Shown piece by piece: positions 1 through 9,639 of a DNA stretch of 64,000 bases (position 1 is its first letter; each line of letters begins with the position of its first letter). The position numbers and the translations under genes were made by a program. This stretch comes from Gemmatimonadaceae bacterium (lineage in GTDB: Bacteria; Gemmatimonadota; Gemmatimonadetes; Gemmatimonadales; Gemmatimonadaceae): NCBI GenBank assembly GCA_013361935.1, contig JABFXC010000054.1, forward strand, positions 678 through 64,677, given 5' to 3'. A model generated the notes under the pieces. That model saw nothing but the letters and a program-made list of their open reading frames with translations. It was not told the DNA's origin and made no database searches.

Positions 1-1294
1 CCCGCGGATACGACACGCGCACGGCGCGCACGCTCGGCGTCGCGCGCCCGTCGGAGCCGAGGGTGATCGCGAGGCGCAGGTAGCGCCCGGGACCGGAGAG
101 CACGAGGCGGTCGGGAACGTCGCTCGGGTAGCGCGGCGGGAGCGTGCCCGGCGTCTCGTCGCGCGCCTCGAAGACGATTCCCGGCGGCAGCACGTCCGGA
201 TCGGCGAGGAGCGCGGGATCGTCGGCGACGACCGTGCGCACCTTGAGCCAGCTTCCCTCGGGGAGATCGGCGTCGATGGTGATCCGGTGCCACTGCGCGC
301 CCGCGGCTCCGCCGTCGAGCGCGGCGCTCACCCAGCGCCCCGCGGTCGCGAACCCCGACGCGAGGCGGAGCCGCGCGAGCCGGATCGCGCGGTGCACCGC
401 GGCGAGCCGCACCCCGCCGTCGTGCGCGGTGCAGGGTGCGGCGCAGCTCCCGCCCCAGAAGCGCGCGACCTCGGCGCCGTAGATCCGCCGCAGCGCGTCG
501 AGCGCGAGCGCCCCCTCGCCGAGCCCCTGCACCAGCGCGGCGAGCGGGACGTCGCCTGACGGTGCGCCCCCGCGGTCGACGCGAATGAGCCGCGGGTGCG
601 ACGCGTCGGCGACGAGGATCGCGTCGCCGTCCACCATCACCGCGATCGGTGCCGGGTGCGCGGGCAGTCCGTCGGGCGTGCGCGGCACGAACGACGCACA
701 GCGCTCGTGCCTGACGTTCCAGACGCTGATCTCCCCCGCCTTGCGGTCGGCGACGTAGATCCAGCCGTCGGGGGCGACGGCGACGTCGACGGGCTCCTGC
801 AGCCCGGCGACGAGCACGTTCGCGACGTGGCCGTCCTCCGGATCGACGACGACGACGCGGCCGGCGAGCGCGTCGGCGACGTAGAGCAGCCCGCGCCGAT
901 CGAGCGCCAGGCCTGACGGGCGCATGAAGACGCCGGGCTCGATCACGAGCGGGCACTCGCTCCCGTCGCAGCGGCGGACGAGCAGGACGCCGCGCTCGTC
1001 GACGCGGTAGATCTCCCCGTCGAGATCGACGGCGAGCCCGGCGAGCGGCTCGACCGGCGCCGCCAGCGGCACGGGCATCAGCTCGAGCACGTGGCGCGCG
1101 TCGTCGTAGAAGACGCTCGGCTCGAGCCGCGGCAGCCGCCATTCGTCGACGCCGGGCGCGGCGTTGCGGCGCTCGAAGTCCGCGGCGTAGCGGAGGACGT
1201 ACCAGGCCGCGTCGTTCGCGTCGCGGGCGAAGGTCGCCCGCGCCTGGAGCATCCGCGCCGTCGCGGTCGGGTCGAGGAGCGCCGGAAGGGTCAT
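1..1294 (-). CDS. eCIS baseplate protein with NHL-type repeats (Afp12/Pvc12 position); C-terminus lies beyond the window edge
   Basis: Absent from the ORF track because there is no stop inside the window. Manual minus-strand translation from the ATG at 1292-1294 (1 nt after the stop of the upstream gene) reads MTLPALLDPTATARMLQARATFARDANDAAWYVLRYAADFERRN... and stays open to position 1. Repeated blocks GLALDRRGLLYVADALAGRVVVVD, PVDVAVAPDGWIYVADRKAGEISVWN and PIAVMVDGDAILVADASHPRLIRVD look like NHL repeats. The gene sits directly after the baseplate J-like gene. Confidence 0.7.
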   Translation of the reverse strand, partial: MTLPALLDPTATARMLQARATFARDANDAAWYVLRYAADFERRNAAPGVDEWRLPRLEPSVFYDDARHVLELMPVPLAAPVEPLAGLAVDLDGEIYRVDERGVLLVRRCDGSECPLVIEPGVFMRPSGLALDRRGLLYVADALAGRVVVVDPEDGHVANVLVAGLQEPVDVAVAPDGWIYVADRKAGEISVWNVRHERCASFVPRTPDGLPAHPAPIAVMVDGDAILVADASHPRLIRVDRGGAPSGDVPLAALVQGLGEGALALDALRRIYGAEVARFWGGSCAAPCTAHDGGVRLAAVHRAIRLARLRLASGFATAGRWVSAALDGGAAGAQWHRITIDADLPEGSWLKVRTVVADDPALLADPDVLPPGIVFEARDETPGTLPPRYPSDVPDRLVLSGPGRYLRLAITLGSDGRATPSVRAVRVSYPR

Positions 1295-1295
1295 C

Positions 1296-3725
1296 TCAGA
1301 CGACCGTGCCGAGCGTGAGCGAGGTCGCGTCGAAGGAGACGCACTCCTCGGGGCCGAGCAGCACGCGGTCCACCTGCCCGGACTGCGACGGGCAGAGCAC
1401 CAGTTGGCCCTGCCGCGGCGTCGCCGCGCTCGGCGTACGCGTGAACCACGCGGTGAGCGACTCGACGCGCTCCACCCCTTCGGTGCGCGTGACGAGCGCG
1501 ACGAGATCGGCGATGTGCACCTGCCCGCCGAAGGGGAAGCCGGCGCCGTCGTCGCCGCCGGTGAGCGGATGCAGCCACCGCGCGAGCCGGGCGCCGACGA
1601 GGTCCTGCAGCTTGCTCCGCGTGTACCCCGGGCGCGCCTGCACCGCGACCTGCACGTCGCAGAAGCGGCAGTACTGCGGCGGGATGACGTGCACCTCGGT
1701 CGTCACGAGCCGGTGCGCGTCGAGCCAGCGGCAGACGGCGCGGAGGAAGGAGCGCGTCGGCACCGGTTCGCTGCCCGGGAGGTCCGGCACGACGACGACG
1801 CTCACCGCGCCCGCCGCGACGCGCGGGTCGATGCCCAGCGGACCGTTAGGCACCGTCCCGCAGCGCATCGCCAGCGGCGGGGTCGCCGGCACCGGCGTGC
1901 CCGAGCCGGGCCCCGCGGCGATCGTCCGCGCGAGCGGCCGGCGAAGCGGGATCACCACCGCGCGCGCGACGCGCACTTCCGGCGTCTGGCTGGCGATCCA
2001 CTGGAAATCCTCCGCGGTGACCGCGCGGCTGCGGCTGGAGATCTCCTTGCGGACGCGCTCCTCCGCCTGCTCCAGCGTCTCGGCATCGCGGCCGCCGGTC
2101 GCGGGCGTGGGGTTCACGACGCCGGCCACGCCGGCGGCGCCGCTGTCGAGCACCGTGATCGCGCCGACGCCCACCTCGCCGGCGAGCCCGCCGCCCCAGC
2201 GATAGCGCAGCGCGACCACGTCACCCGTGCCCGGAACCAGGGGGATGATCCGTCCGTGCTCGCCGTCGCCGCTGGCGATCGCGCCCGCCTCGCGGTCCAG
2301 GGTGTAGACGCGGGCGAACGGGTCGGCGGCCTCGATCGCGTCGGTCTCGCTCCACTCCTCGAGCGGCGTCGCCGCGTCCACCGACTCCTGCACCGCGAGC
2401 TGCAGCGTCCCGGCGAGCACGTTGCGGTTGGCGAGCGCGAACTCCTGGCGCGGCCGGCCCGTCCCGCGGCCGAGCACCTCGTTGCGGACCGTCGTCGCGT
2501 TGGTCGCGTGCACCGCGTTCAGCGTCACCATGCGCACGCGCATCGCCGGGGTCGCCGCCGTGCCCGGCGGGAGCGCCACGCGGAGCCAGCAGTGCACGCG
2601 CGTGACGGCGCGCAGCGCCGGGTCCAGCGGATGCGCGACCGGAGGCTGCGTCGCCGCCGCCTGCGCCGCCGCCGCGTCGATCCCGTGCTGGATCACCTCG
2701 CGGTACTTCGTCTCGGTGAGCGTGAGCATCGGCGACAGTGGCTGCAGCTGGTCCTGCATCGCCGCGCCTAACGCGAGGCACGCCTGCAGCGGCGTCGTCG
2801 TGCCGGCGGCGCGCATCGGCGCCCAGCTCGCGTCGGGAATCGGCCCGACGGTCATCGGAACGCCGAAGCGCAGCGTTCCCGAGCGCGTGAATCGTGCGGT
2901 GGTGTCGTCGATGCGCCCGGAGATCTGACGCATCGCGCCGGCGGGCGCGTCGTAGTACGCGAGCCAGTCGATCGGCACCGGCGTCTCGCCGGCGGCGACG
3001 GCGGTGCCGCAGCGCTCGTCGGCGGCGAGGTCGGGACGCTCGTCGTCGTCGAAGGAGACCGAGAGCGTCACGCGCGCGCCGCGGAAGCCGGCGTCGGCGG
3101 CGAGGTTCGCGGCGAGCCCGATCCAGAGGTACCGCTGCGCGGCGCGCCCCACGAGCCGCACCGGATCGAGCGGGACGTCCTTGAGCTTCGGCGTCTTCCC
3201 GTCCCAGGTGACGGTGAGCCACTCGGTGTCGTTCGCCGGCACCTGCGGGTAGACCGCCGGCGTCTCGCGCCCGCTCTCCGTGGCGAGCACGTCGTGGATG
3301 AACGGGTTTTTCGTCGTCGCGAGCAGCACCGGCTCCGCGGGCACGACGTCGATCGCGTCGTCGGTCTCGTACGAGGGCGGCGGCGTCCCGACCTTCGCGC
3401 GGACGCGCGCGCCGGCCGCCAGCGTGTAGCCGGCGAGCGTGGTCGGATCGGTGAGCAGCAGCGCGAGCATCGTCGACGCGGCGTGCGCGGGCTGCAGCCG
3501 CACGCCGAGGATCTTGAGCAGCTCGACCTGGGCGCTCTCCGGCACGCGATTGAGCCGCCATCCCACCTGCTCGGCGAGGTACGCGAAAAGCTGGATGAGG
3601 GCGATCCCCGGATCGCTCGCGTTGCGGTCCGTCCACTCCGGCGCGTAGACCGCGATCCGGCGCTCGAGCTCGGCGACGGTGCGGTCGAAGGTGATGTCGT
3701 CCAGCTGCGGCAGCTCGATCGGCAT
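1296..3725 (-). CDS. Baseplate J / T4 gp6-like baseplate wedge protein (Afp11/Pvc11 equivalent)
   Basis: 809-aa ORF. The N-terminus MPIELPQLDDITFDRTVAELERRIAVYAPEWTDRNASDPGIALIQLFAYLAEQ is the typical opening of baseplate J family proteins. There is a 2-nt gap to the upstream gp25-like gene. Confidence 0.85.
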   Translation of the reverse strand: MPIELPQLDDITFDRTVAELERRIAVYAPEWTDRNASDPGIALIQLFAYLAEQVGWRLNRVPESAQVELLKILGVRLQPAHAASTMLALLLTDPTTLAGYTLAAGARVRAKVGTPPPSYETDDAIDVVPAEPVLLATTKNPFIHDVLATESGRETPAVYPQVPANDTEWLTVTWDGKTPKLKDVPLDPVRLVGRAAQRYLWIGLAANLAADAGFRGARVTLSVSFDDDERPDLAADERCGTAVAAGETPVPIDWLAYYDAPAGAMRQISGRIDDTTARFTRSGTLRFGVPMTVGPIPDASWAPMRAAGTTTPLQACLALGAAMQDQLQPLSPMLTLTETKYREVIQHGIDAAAAQAAATQPPVAHPLDPALRAVTRVHCWLRVALPPGTAATPAMRVRMVTLNAVHATNATTVRNEVLGRGTGRPRQEFALANRNVLAGTLQLAVQESVDAATPLEEWSETDAIEAADPFARVYTLDREAGAIASGDGEHGRIIPLVPGTGDVVALRYRWGGGLAGEVGVGAITVLDSGAAGVAGVVNPTPATGGRDAETLEQAEERVRKEISSRSRAVTAEDFQWIASQTPEVRVARAVVIPLRRPLARTIAAGPGSGTPVPATPPLAMRCGTVPNGPLGIDPRVAAGAVSVVVVPDLPGSEPVPTRSFLRAVCRWLDAHRLVTTEVHVIPPQYCRFCDVQVAVQARPGYTRSKLQDLVGARLARWLHPLTGGDDGAGFPFGGQVHIADLVALVTRTEGVERVESLTAWFTRTPSAATPRQGQLVLCPSQSGQVDRVLLGPEECVSFDATSLTLGTVV

Positions 3726-3727
3726 GG

Positions 3728-4147
3728 TCAGCCTCGGCCCTCGAGCAGATAGAAGGGGAAGACGCGGTTGTACGCCTCGTTCGTCACCTCGACCACGTAG
3801 TCGACGTGGACGAGGATCAGCTCCGGCGTCTCGTCGGATGCGACCGCGTCGACGCGCTCGAGGCGGATGCGCGGCTCCCAGTCGCTGAGCGCGCGCCGCA
3901 CCAGCTCGGCGATGCGCGAGCGCGTCGCCGGACCGTTCGGCTCGAACACGAGGTCGCGCACCCCCGCCCCGAACTCGGGGAGCATCACGCGCTCGCTCTG
4001 CGCGGTGAGCAGCACGATCTGGATCGCCTGCTCGATGTCCTCCTCGTAGCGCGCGTAGCGCAGCGATCCGCCCACGGGCTTCACGGGAAACGACCAGCCG
4101 ACGCCGAGATGCGCCTTCGGGTTGCGCTCGCCGGAGGGCGTCTTCAT
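3728..4147 (-). CDS. GPW/gp25-family baseplate protein (Afp9 equivalent)
   Basis: Last 139 codons of tracked ORF 3728..4894, starting MKTPSGERNPKAHLGVGWSFP. Contains LPEFGAGVRDLVFEP and SDWEPRI, typical of the gp25 lysozyme-like fold. ATGA overlap with the upstream spike gene. The remaining N-terminal part of the tracked ORF is Arg/Gly-rich shadow sequence. Confidence 0.85.
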   Translation of the reverse strand: MKTPSGERNPKAHLGVGWSFPVKPVGGSLRYARYEEDIEQAIQIVLLTAQSERVMLPEFGAGVRDLVFEPNGPATRSRIAELVRRALSDWEPRIRLERVDAVASDETPELILVHVDYVVEVTNEAYNRVFPFYLLEGRG

Positions 4148-4920
4148 ATCGCGACTCCGCCGGTGAACGGCGCCGGCGCCTCGTTCGGCGGCCGATGGCG
4201 GTGGAGCTTGTACGGCGTCCCGTCGATGATCGAGCTTCCCGCCGACGACATCATCGTGACGACGTTGCCGGTGATGGTGATCGTCGGCGCGCTGAGCTGG
4301 ATCGAGATCGACGACTCGATGGTCATCGCCCCCGGCTCCTGCATCGTGATCTGCGACGTCGGCGTCCGGATGCTGAGCTTCTGCCCGATGTCGTCGAGCT
4401 CGATGGTGCGCCCGCCGGCGCTCGCGAGGGTGACCTTGAAGCCGCCGACGGTGTCGTCGAGCTCGACGGAGTGCCCGTGGTTCGTGCGCAGCGTGATCTT
4501 GCCGCGGTTGGGCGCGTCGTCGAAGGTGAGCTCGTGGCCGCTCCGCGAGACGATGGTGCGGACGTCGTTGTCCGGCGACTGACGCGCTTGGGCGGGAGCC
4601 GTCGCGTCGCGGTTCCACACCGCGCCGAGGATGATCGGGATGTTCGCCTCCCCGGACTGGAAGCCGACGACGACCTCGTCGCCCTTCTCGGGAAAGAAGT
4701 GCATCCCGCGGTTGGCGCCGGCCATCGGCATCATCACCCGCGCCGGCGCCGAGCGGTCGTCGTCGTCCTGGCCGCTCATGCCGAGGAAGTGCAGCCGGTA
4801 GGTGCCGTCGTCCTCGATGGACACGACGCGCGCCGTGGCCAGCCCGCTCACCGGACGCTGGCGATCCTCCGCCGCGCGCGGGGCGAAGATGCACTCGAGG
4901 ATGTTGTCGAGCTCACTCAT
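4144..4920 (-). CDS. Baseplate spike, gpV/VgrG-like (Afp8 position)
   Basis: 258 aa. OB-fold region GLATARVVSIEDDGTYRLHF...PARVMMPMAGANRGMHFFPEKGDEVVVGFQSGEANIPIILGAVWN is followed by short beta-helix-like repeats (TFDDAPN, VELDDTVGG, IELDDIGQ). 4-nt overlaps with both neighbours. Confidence 0.85.
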   Translation of the reverse strand: MSELDNILECIFAPRAAEDRQRPVSGLATARVVSIEDDGTYRLHFLGMSGQDDDDRSAPARVMMPMAGANRGMHFFPEKGDEVVVGFQSGEANIPIILGAVWNRDATAPAQARQSPDNDVRTIVSRSGHELTFDDAPNRGKITLRTNHGHSVELDDTVGGFKVTLASAGGRTIELDDIGQKLSIRTPTSQITMQEPGAMTIESSISIQLSAPTITITGNVVTMMSSAGSSIIDGTPYKLHRHRPPNEAPAPFTGGVAI

Positions 4921-6323
4921 CGGGCGGATCCCTCGCGATAGGGCGGCAGCTCCATCCCCGGGCGCGACGCGGAGAAGCGCGTTCGCAGCCCGTCGGAGCC
5001 GAGCGTGTGCACGGTGCGGGTGACGTAGTAGAAGCCGTTGAAGGGCGGCCGATAGCCGCGGATCTCCACGTGCCGGCCCGGGCGCAGCCGCGGAAGCCCG
5101 ATCGCCGTCCCCTCGATGGTCAGGAGCTCGCGCGCCTTCTTCCGCAGCAGCGTCTGGGCGTACCAGGTGGCCCGCGTGTCGTCGAGGTTCGAGACGTTAG
5201 GCGGGCCGGCGCGATTCTCGCGCCCGGGAAGGAAGTGCGCGCGGACGAGCGGACCGGGAGTGAGGGTGCCGTCCACCGCCGGATCGACGTGGAGCTCGTC
5301 CTGCACGATCGCGCCGAGCGCGACGCCGCGGACTTCGCGCGGCGTGTGCGGATCGCGGTGCCGGCCGCGCACCTCGGCGGCGGTGAACTGGTCGACGACC
5401 TTCAGCGTCGGCGCGAACTCGAGCAGGCTCTGCTCGCGGTCGAGGCGGAAGATCACGTCCTGCCGCTCGATCGGGTTGGCGCGGCCGCGGTACGGCTCGA
5501 AGCGGAGCACCAGCGGCGCGTTGGTGCGGTCGAGGCTCGCGAACTCGAGGCAGACCTCGTAGTCGAGACGCTCGGCGAGCTTCTGGATGAACTCGAGGTA
5601 CGACTGTCCCTTCTGCACCGCGTCGTTCAGCCCCTGCGAGTCGTTCGTGGCGAAGGAGGGATGATCGACGAGCGGATCGGCGGGGGAGGAGATTGGATAG
5701 TGCGCGCGCTGGAGGACGCGGCGCACCATGCTCGTCTCGCTCAGCCGGTCGAGCTCGATGCGGCGCTCGGTGCGGTCCTTGAGCGTGTTGAGGTCGTCCT
5801 CGCCGGAGATCACGACCTGCGCGCCCTGGCCAGCGGCGAAGGTGAAGCGCATGTCGGTGATCGGGCCGGCGACCATCGGCACCCAGCGCTGCGGGTCGGC
5901 GGTGACGGGCGCGGCGGAGGCGGCGCGGTCGGGCCAGTAGCGGAAATCGACGCGCAGCCGGTCGCCAAAGCCGAGCACCGCGAAGTCGTCGTACTTGAAG
6001 CGCGGCCAGTACGGCGTGCGCCGCGGGTCGAGCCGCTCGCGGGCGTCGATGGGGCCGGCGCTGCCGCCCGTCGGATCATCGGAGGAGCGGTCCGCCGCGG
6101 TCGAGAGATACGCGTTGTTGAGGGTGAGCGAGTACGTGGCGAGCCCGCTGTTCGTGAGCGTCACCTCGGCGCGGACGACGTCGGCGTGGATGTCGGGCGG
6201 GAGGACGTCGCCGGCCTCGCCCTGGGGCTGGAGGGTGGCCGCGAGCTTGGCGAGGCGGACGCCGGGGGCGAAGTAGGCGCTCCCCGGACGCGGACCGTTA
6301 GGCGCTGGCGCGGTGACGGTCAT
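4917..6323 (-). CDS. Baseplate hub, phage late control D / gp27-like
   Basis: 468 aa. The C-terminus LLTIEGTAIGLPRLRPGRHVEIRGYRPPFNGFYYVTRTVHTLGSDGLRTRFSA resembles gpD-type hub proteins. Translationally coupled on both sides. Confidence 0.7.
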   Translation of the reverse strand: MTVTAPAPNGPRPGSAYFAPGVRLAKLAATLQPQGEAGDVLPPDIHADVVRAEVTLTNSGLATYSLTLNNAYLSTAADRSSDDPTGGSAGPIDARERLDPRRTPYWPRFKYDDFAVLGFGDRLRVDFRYWPDRAASAAPVTADPQRWVPMVAGPITDMRFTFAAGQGAQVVISGEDDLNTLKDRTERRIELDRLSETSMVRRVLQRAHYPISSPADPLVDHPSFATNDSQGLNDAVQKGQSYLEFIQKLAERLDYEVCLEFASLDRTNAPLVLRFEPYRGRANPIERQDVIFRLDREQSLLEFAPTLKVVDQFTAAEVRGRHRDPHTPREVRGVALGAIVQDELHVDPAVDGTLTPGPLVRAHFLPGRENRAGPPNVSNLDDTRATWYAQTLLRKKARELLTIEGTAIGLPRLRPGRHVEIRGYRPPFNGFYYVTRTVHTLGSDGLRTRFSASRPGMELPPYREGSAR

Positions 6324-6523
6324 ACGCGGCCCCGGCGCTGCAGCTCGCGCAGCTCGTCGTGGAGGACGTCGAGCACCAGCGAGCGAAGGCGCGCGCGCGA
6401 TCCCGGGTCGTTCTCGAGCAGGCGCAGCATCGCCTCGGCGCCGGCGGTGCCGGGCGCGCCGACGGGCGGCTCGTCGCCCGGGACGAGCTCCACTTCGCTG
6501 TGCACGCGATCGATCTGGAGCAT
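6320..6523 (-). CDS. Small conserved-position hypothetical protein of the eCIS operon (67 aa)
   Basis: MLQIDRVHSEVELVPGDEPPVGAPGTAGAEAMLRLLENDPGSRARLRSLVLDVLHDELRELQRRGRV. Fits exactly between the LysM and hub genes, with a 4-nt overlap downstream. No recognisable motif. Confidence 0.5.
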   Translation of the reverse strand: MLQIDRVHSEVELVPGDEPPVGAPGTAGAEAMLRLLENDPGSRARLRSLVLDVLHDELRELQRRGRV

Positions 6524-6533
6524 GGCGGCGTCC

Positions 6534-7178
6534 TCAGAGCGCGGGGATCCGCAGCGCGGTCCCCGGTGGCACGAACCGCGGGCGCTCGATGTCGTTCTCG
6601 CGGGCGATCGCCCGCCAGAGCCGCGGGTCGCCGTACGCCTCGCGCGCGAGCTGGGCGAGAGTCTCTCCCTCGCGCAGCACCCGCACGCGCGTGCGGTCGG
6701 GGCTGTGCAGCGCCATCCCGCGCAGCTGGACCTCCGGCGCCTGGTACGACTTGAACGTCGTCGTGACGCGCGCGCGGAGGACGGCCCCCGTCTCGCTGAA
6801 GAGCGTATAGCGCTCGCGCAGCTGCGTGACGACGCCGGTGAAGTGCACGTCGCCCCAGGTGAACAGACAGACCGGCGGCGCGTGCAGCTCGCTCTGCACC
6901 GTGACGAAGGTGCGCAGCGCGGCGAGCCGTCCCTCGACCGTCTTGTCGGGGGCCGCGCTCTGCCGCTTGTCCGTGCCGTCGAGGAAGAGCTCGAGCGTCA
7001 GCGTCTGCGCGTCGCCGCGCACGAACTGGAGCAGCGGCATCTGCAGCCCCGGCACCTGCAGCTCGGCGTAGGTGACGCCGCGGTCGACACCGTACTCCGT
7101 CGGGTTGAACTGCACCTCCACCGCCTCGGGCGCGGGGGAGACCGAGATGTTCTGGAGGGTGGCGAGGGCGAGGGTCAT
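6534..7178 (-). CDS. Tube-fold protein with C-terminal LysM domain (tube initiator-like, Afp7/Pvc7-like)
   Basis: 214 aa. N-terminal tube-like region FNPTEYGVDRGVTYAELQVPGLQMPLLQFVRG. C-terminal LysM-like VRVLREGETLAQLAREAYGDPRLWRAIARENDIERPRFVPPGTALRIP. Confidence 0.8.
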   Translation of the reverse strand: MTLALATLQNISVSPAPEAVEVQFNPTEYGVDRGVTYAELQVPGLQMPLLQFVRGDAQTLTLELFLDGTDKRQSAAPDKTVEGRLAALRTFVTVQSELHAPPVCLFTWGDVHFTGVVTQLRERYTLFSETGAVLRARVTTTFKSYQAPEVQLRGMALHSPDRTRVRVLREGETLAQLAREAYGDPRLWRAIARENDIERPRFVPPGTALRIPAL

Positions 7179-7180
7179 CG

Positions 7181-7789
7181 TCAGATCCCCAGCGCGTCCA
7201 TCGCCGCGCCAGCGCCGCCGGGCAGCATCGACGCGCCGACGCGATACAGCCCCTCGTGCGCCAGCTCCAGTGTCTCGATCGCGATCTCACTCGACTTCGC
7301 GTTGAGGCCGGGGCCGTGCATCTTCTCCGGCAGCGCGTTCCGGCAGAACCACACCGCGATCGGCAGCCGGTCGAGCACGGGAAGGCCGAACGAGGTCGGA
7401 CCGCCGGCGAGCGCGCTGATCCCCGTGCCGCGGTCGGTGAGCATGACGAGCACGTTCTTGCGCGCCGGGTCGGCCGTCTTGTAGAGCGTCGCGTAGTACC
7501 AGTCCCAGAGGTCGGGGTTCAGCGTCACCCCCCGCTTGAGAACGAGGTTGGGATACTTCCCCCACTTCACGAACTTTCGCGGCGCGGTGTTCGACCCGCC
7601 CTGCCGGTACTCCTCGGTCTCCATCTCGGCGTCGAGCCCCGAGACCTCGGAGAAGGTGCCGACGATCGCCGCCTTGGCGACGCCTAACGCCGCGCCGGCG
7701 ACGTCGGCGGCGCCCATGCTCGACAGCGGCTTGGCGTCGAGCATCATGACCGTGAAGTCGAAGACAGGGACGGGGTTGACGAGGGTCAT
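7181..7789 (-). CDS. Tail tube protein 2 (T4 gp19-like, Afp5 position)
   Basis: Last 202 codons of tracked ORF 7181..8515, starting MTLVNPVPVFDFTVMMLDAKPL. Motifs FSEVSGLDAEMETEEYRQGG and KYPNLVLKRG parallel tube protein 1. 2-nt gap to the upstream sheath gene. Confidence 0.85.
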   Translation of the reverse strand: MTLVNPVPVFDFTVMMLDAKPLSSMGAADVAGAALGVAKAAIVGTFSEVSGLDAEMETEEYRQGGSNTAPRKFVKWGKYPNLVLKRGVTLNPDLWDWYYATLYKTADPARKNVLVMLTDRGTGISALAGGPTSFGLPVLDRLPIAVWFCRNALPEKMHGPGLNAKSSEIAIETLELAHEGLYRVGASMLPGGAGAAMDALGI

Positions 7790-7791
7790 CG

Positions 7792-9633
7792 CTACTCCAG
7801 GACCTCGATCACGCCCTCGCTCCGGCCGAGGCGGAAGACGAGGAACTCTCCCGGCGCGGCGACCGCGACCCCGAGCTCGACGACGAAGCGCCCGGCGGCG
7901 ATCGACTCCGGCGGGTTCACGCTCGCGTCGCAGCGCACGTAGAACGCTTCCTCGGGGCGCTCGCCGCGCAGCACGCCCGCCTCGAAGAGCGGGACGAGCA
8001 CGCCGAGCGCGATCGTCGCGACGTGCATCCAGAGCGCCGGCGTGTTCGGCTCGAAGACCAGCGGCTCGAGCGCCGCGCGCATCCGCAGCTCGACGGCGGT
8101 GAGCACCCGCCGCACGGGCACGAAGCGCAGCCAGGTGTCGGTGGAGAGCGTGCGCGCGCCGAACAGCTGCACGCCGTAGCCTGGGTACGGACGCATCACG
8201 TTCACCGACGCGCCGGCGATCCCGCTCGCCCCCGGCTCGGGCGTGTAGAGCGCGGCGTGCGCGGCGTCGTCGACCGGCGCAGCGACGCCGACCACCTGCC
8301 GCAGCGTCTCGTTCGCCGGAGCGACGCCCGGCCCGCGCGCGAGGTCGCGCCGCGCGAGGACCCCCGCCGCGTACGCCGCCGGCGGCACGGTGAGCGTCGG
8401 CGCGCCGATCATCTCCTGCGTCAGCAGCCAGGGCCAGTACATCGCCCCCGCCGACATCTCGAGCGTGTCGGCGAACCCCTCGAGCTGGACGAGCCGGTCG
8501 AACTGCGCGATCCACTGCCGCGCCTCCGGCGCGCCCGGCGGGACGTAGCGGCCCGTCGCCGCGTCGGGCATCTCGGGGACGGCGAGCAGGAGCAGCATCC
8601 GCCAGCGCGTCTCGACGCAGCGCGCGAGGAGTGTCCGCTGCGTGGCGAAGAGAGGGCTCATCGCGCCGCCGGCGTAGAGCGGCATCGAGTCGAACAGCGG
8701 CAGCGTCACCGGCTCGCCGGCGACGTCGACCACCGCGCCGGAGGGCACGACGTCATCGCAGGGGATGAAGCACCCCTCGCGCTCCGGCGGCGCGAGCGTC
8801 ACCTGCCGCACCGGACGGTCGACGCGGCGCGCGTGGAGGTCGGGGACGTCGCAGGCGGTGACCTCGTCGAGGAGGAGCAGCCGCTCGAGCCCCGTCGCCT
8901 CGCGCTCCGGCACGCCGGGCACGCCGGCCATCTCGGCGCGCGCGCGATCGAGCTCCACGGCGTCGTCGAAGCGCGGGCGGCGCACGGTCTCCACCCAGCA
9001 GCGGCGGCCGCCGTTCGCGAAGTACGCGCGCACCGCCGAGCCGAGAAACGTTCCGTCGTCGCGCGGCTCGCCGAAGGCGAGCAGGTAGTCGCGCCAGTCG
9101 TCGCAGCGCGCCGCGTCCAGTGCCGGGAGCACCGTCATGCCTAACGCGCCGGCGTCGCGGCGGTAGACGATGTCCGCGACCCGCGCCCACGCGCGGTGCA
9201 TCCCCGGCATCGGGTTGACGCGGAGCTCGAGCTGCGCGTCGTCCGGTGCGCGCTCGGTCCCCGTCGCCGCCGCGTTCCCGCGCACGACCATCAGCTCGGC
9301 GAACGGTCCGTCCTGCTCGGCGGCGACGAGCGCGAAGACGATGCTCTCGCCGGCGAGCATCGGGATCCAGAGCGCGCCGCTCGACACGGCGAGGTTCCGC
9401 GTCTCCGGAACGAGCACGCGCGCGCCGCCGAGCACGAGCTGGAATCCGGCGACGTCGGCGCGGAAGTCGTGGCCCGTCGCCGGGCTTCCGGTCAGCGCCG
9501 ACGGCGTCGTCCCGTCGCGCACCCGCGGCTCGAGCCCGACGAAGCCGACGACGTCCGTGCGCGCGACGACCACCGGCGCCACGCGCGGACGCCGCTCGAC
9601 GTAGACCCCCGGGACGCGGTAGGCGACTCCCAT
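7792..9633 (-). CDS. Contractile tail sheath protein 2
   Basis: 613 aa. N-terminus MGVAYRVPGVYVERRPRVAPVVVARTDVVGFVG and C-terminal RFVPVRRVLTAVELRMRAALEPLVFEPNTPALW...GEFLVFRLG are sheath-family hallmarks. Confidence 0.85.
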   Translation of the reverse strand: MGVAYRVPGVYVERRPRVAPVVVARTDVVGFVGLEPRVRDGTTPSALTGSPATGHDFRADVAGFQLVLGGARVLVPETRNLAVSSGALWIPMLAGESIVFALVAAEQDGPFAELMVVRGNAAATGTERAPDDAQLELRVNPMPGMHRAWARVADIVYRRDAGALGMTVLPALDAARCDDWRDYLLAFGEPRDDGTFLGSAVRAYFANGGRRCWVETVRRPRFDDAVELDRARAEMAGVPGVPEREATGLERLLLLDEVTACDVPDLHARRVDRPVRQVTLAPPEREGCFIPCDDVVPSGAVVDVAGEPVTLPLFDSMPLYAGGAMSPLFATQRTLLARCVETRWRMLLLLAVPEMPDAATGRYVPPGAPEARQWIAQFDRLVQLEGFADTLEMSAGAMYWPWLLTQEMIGAPTLTVPPAAYAAGVLARRDLARGPGVAPANETLRQVVGVAAPVDDAAHAALYTPEPGASGIAGASVNVMRPYPGYGVQLFGARTLSTDTWLRFVPVRRVLTAVELRMRAALEPLVFEPNTPALWMHVATIALGVLVPLFEAGVLRGERPEEAFYVRCDASVNPPESIAAGRFVVELGVAVAAPGEFLVFRLGRSEGVIEVLE

Positions 9634-9639
9634 CGCGCG

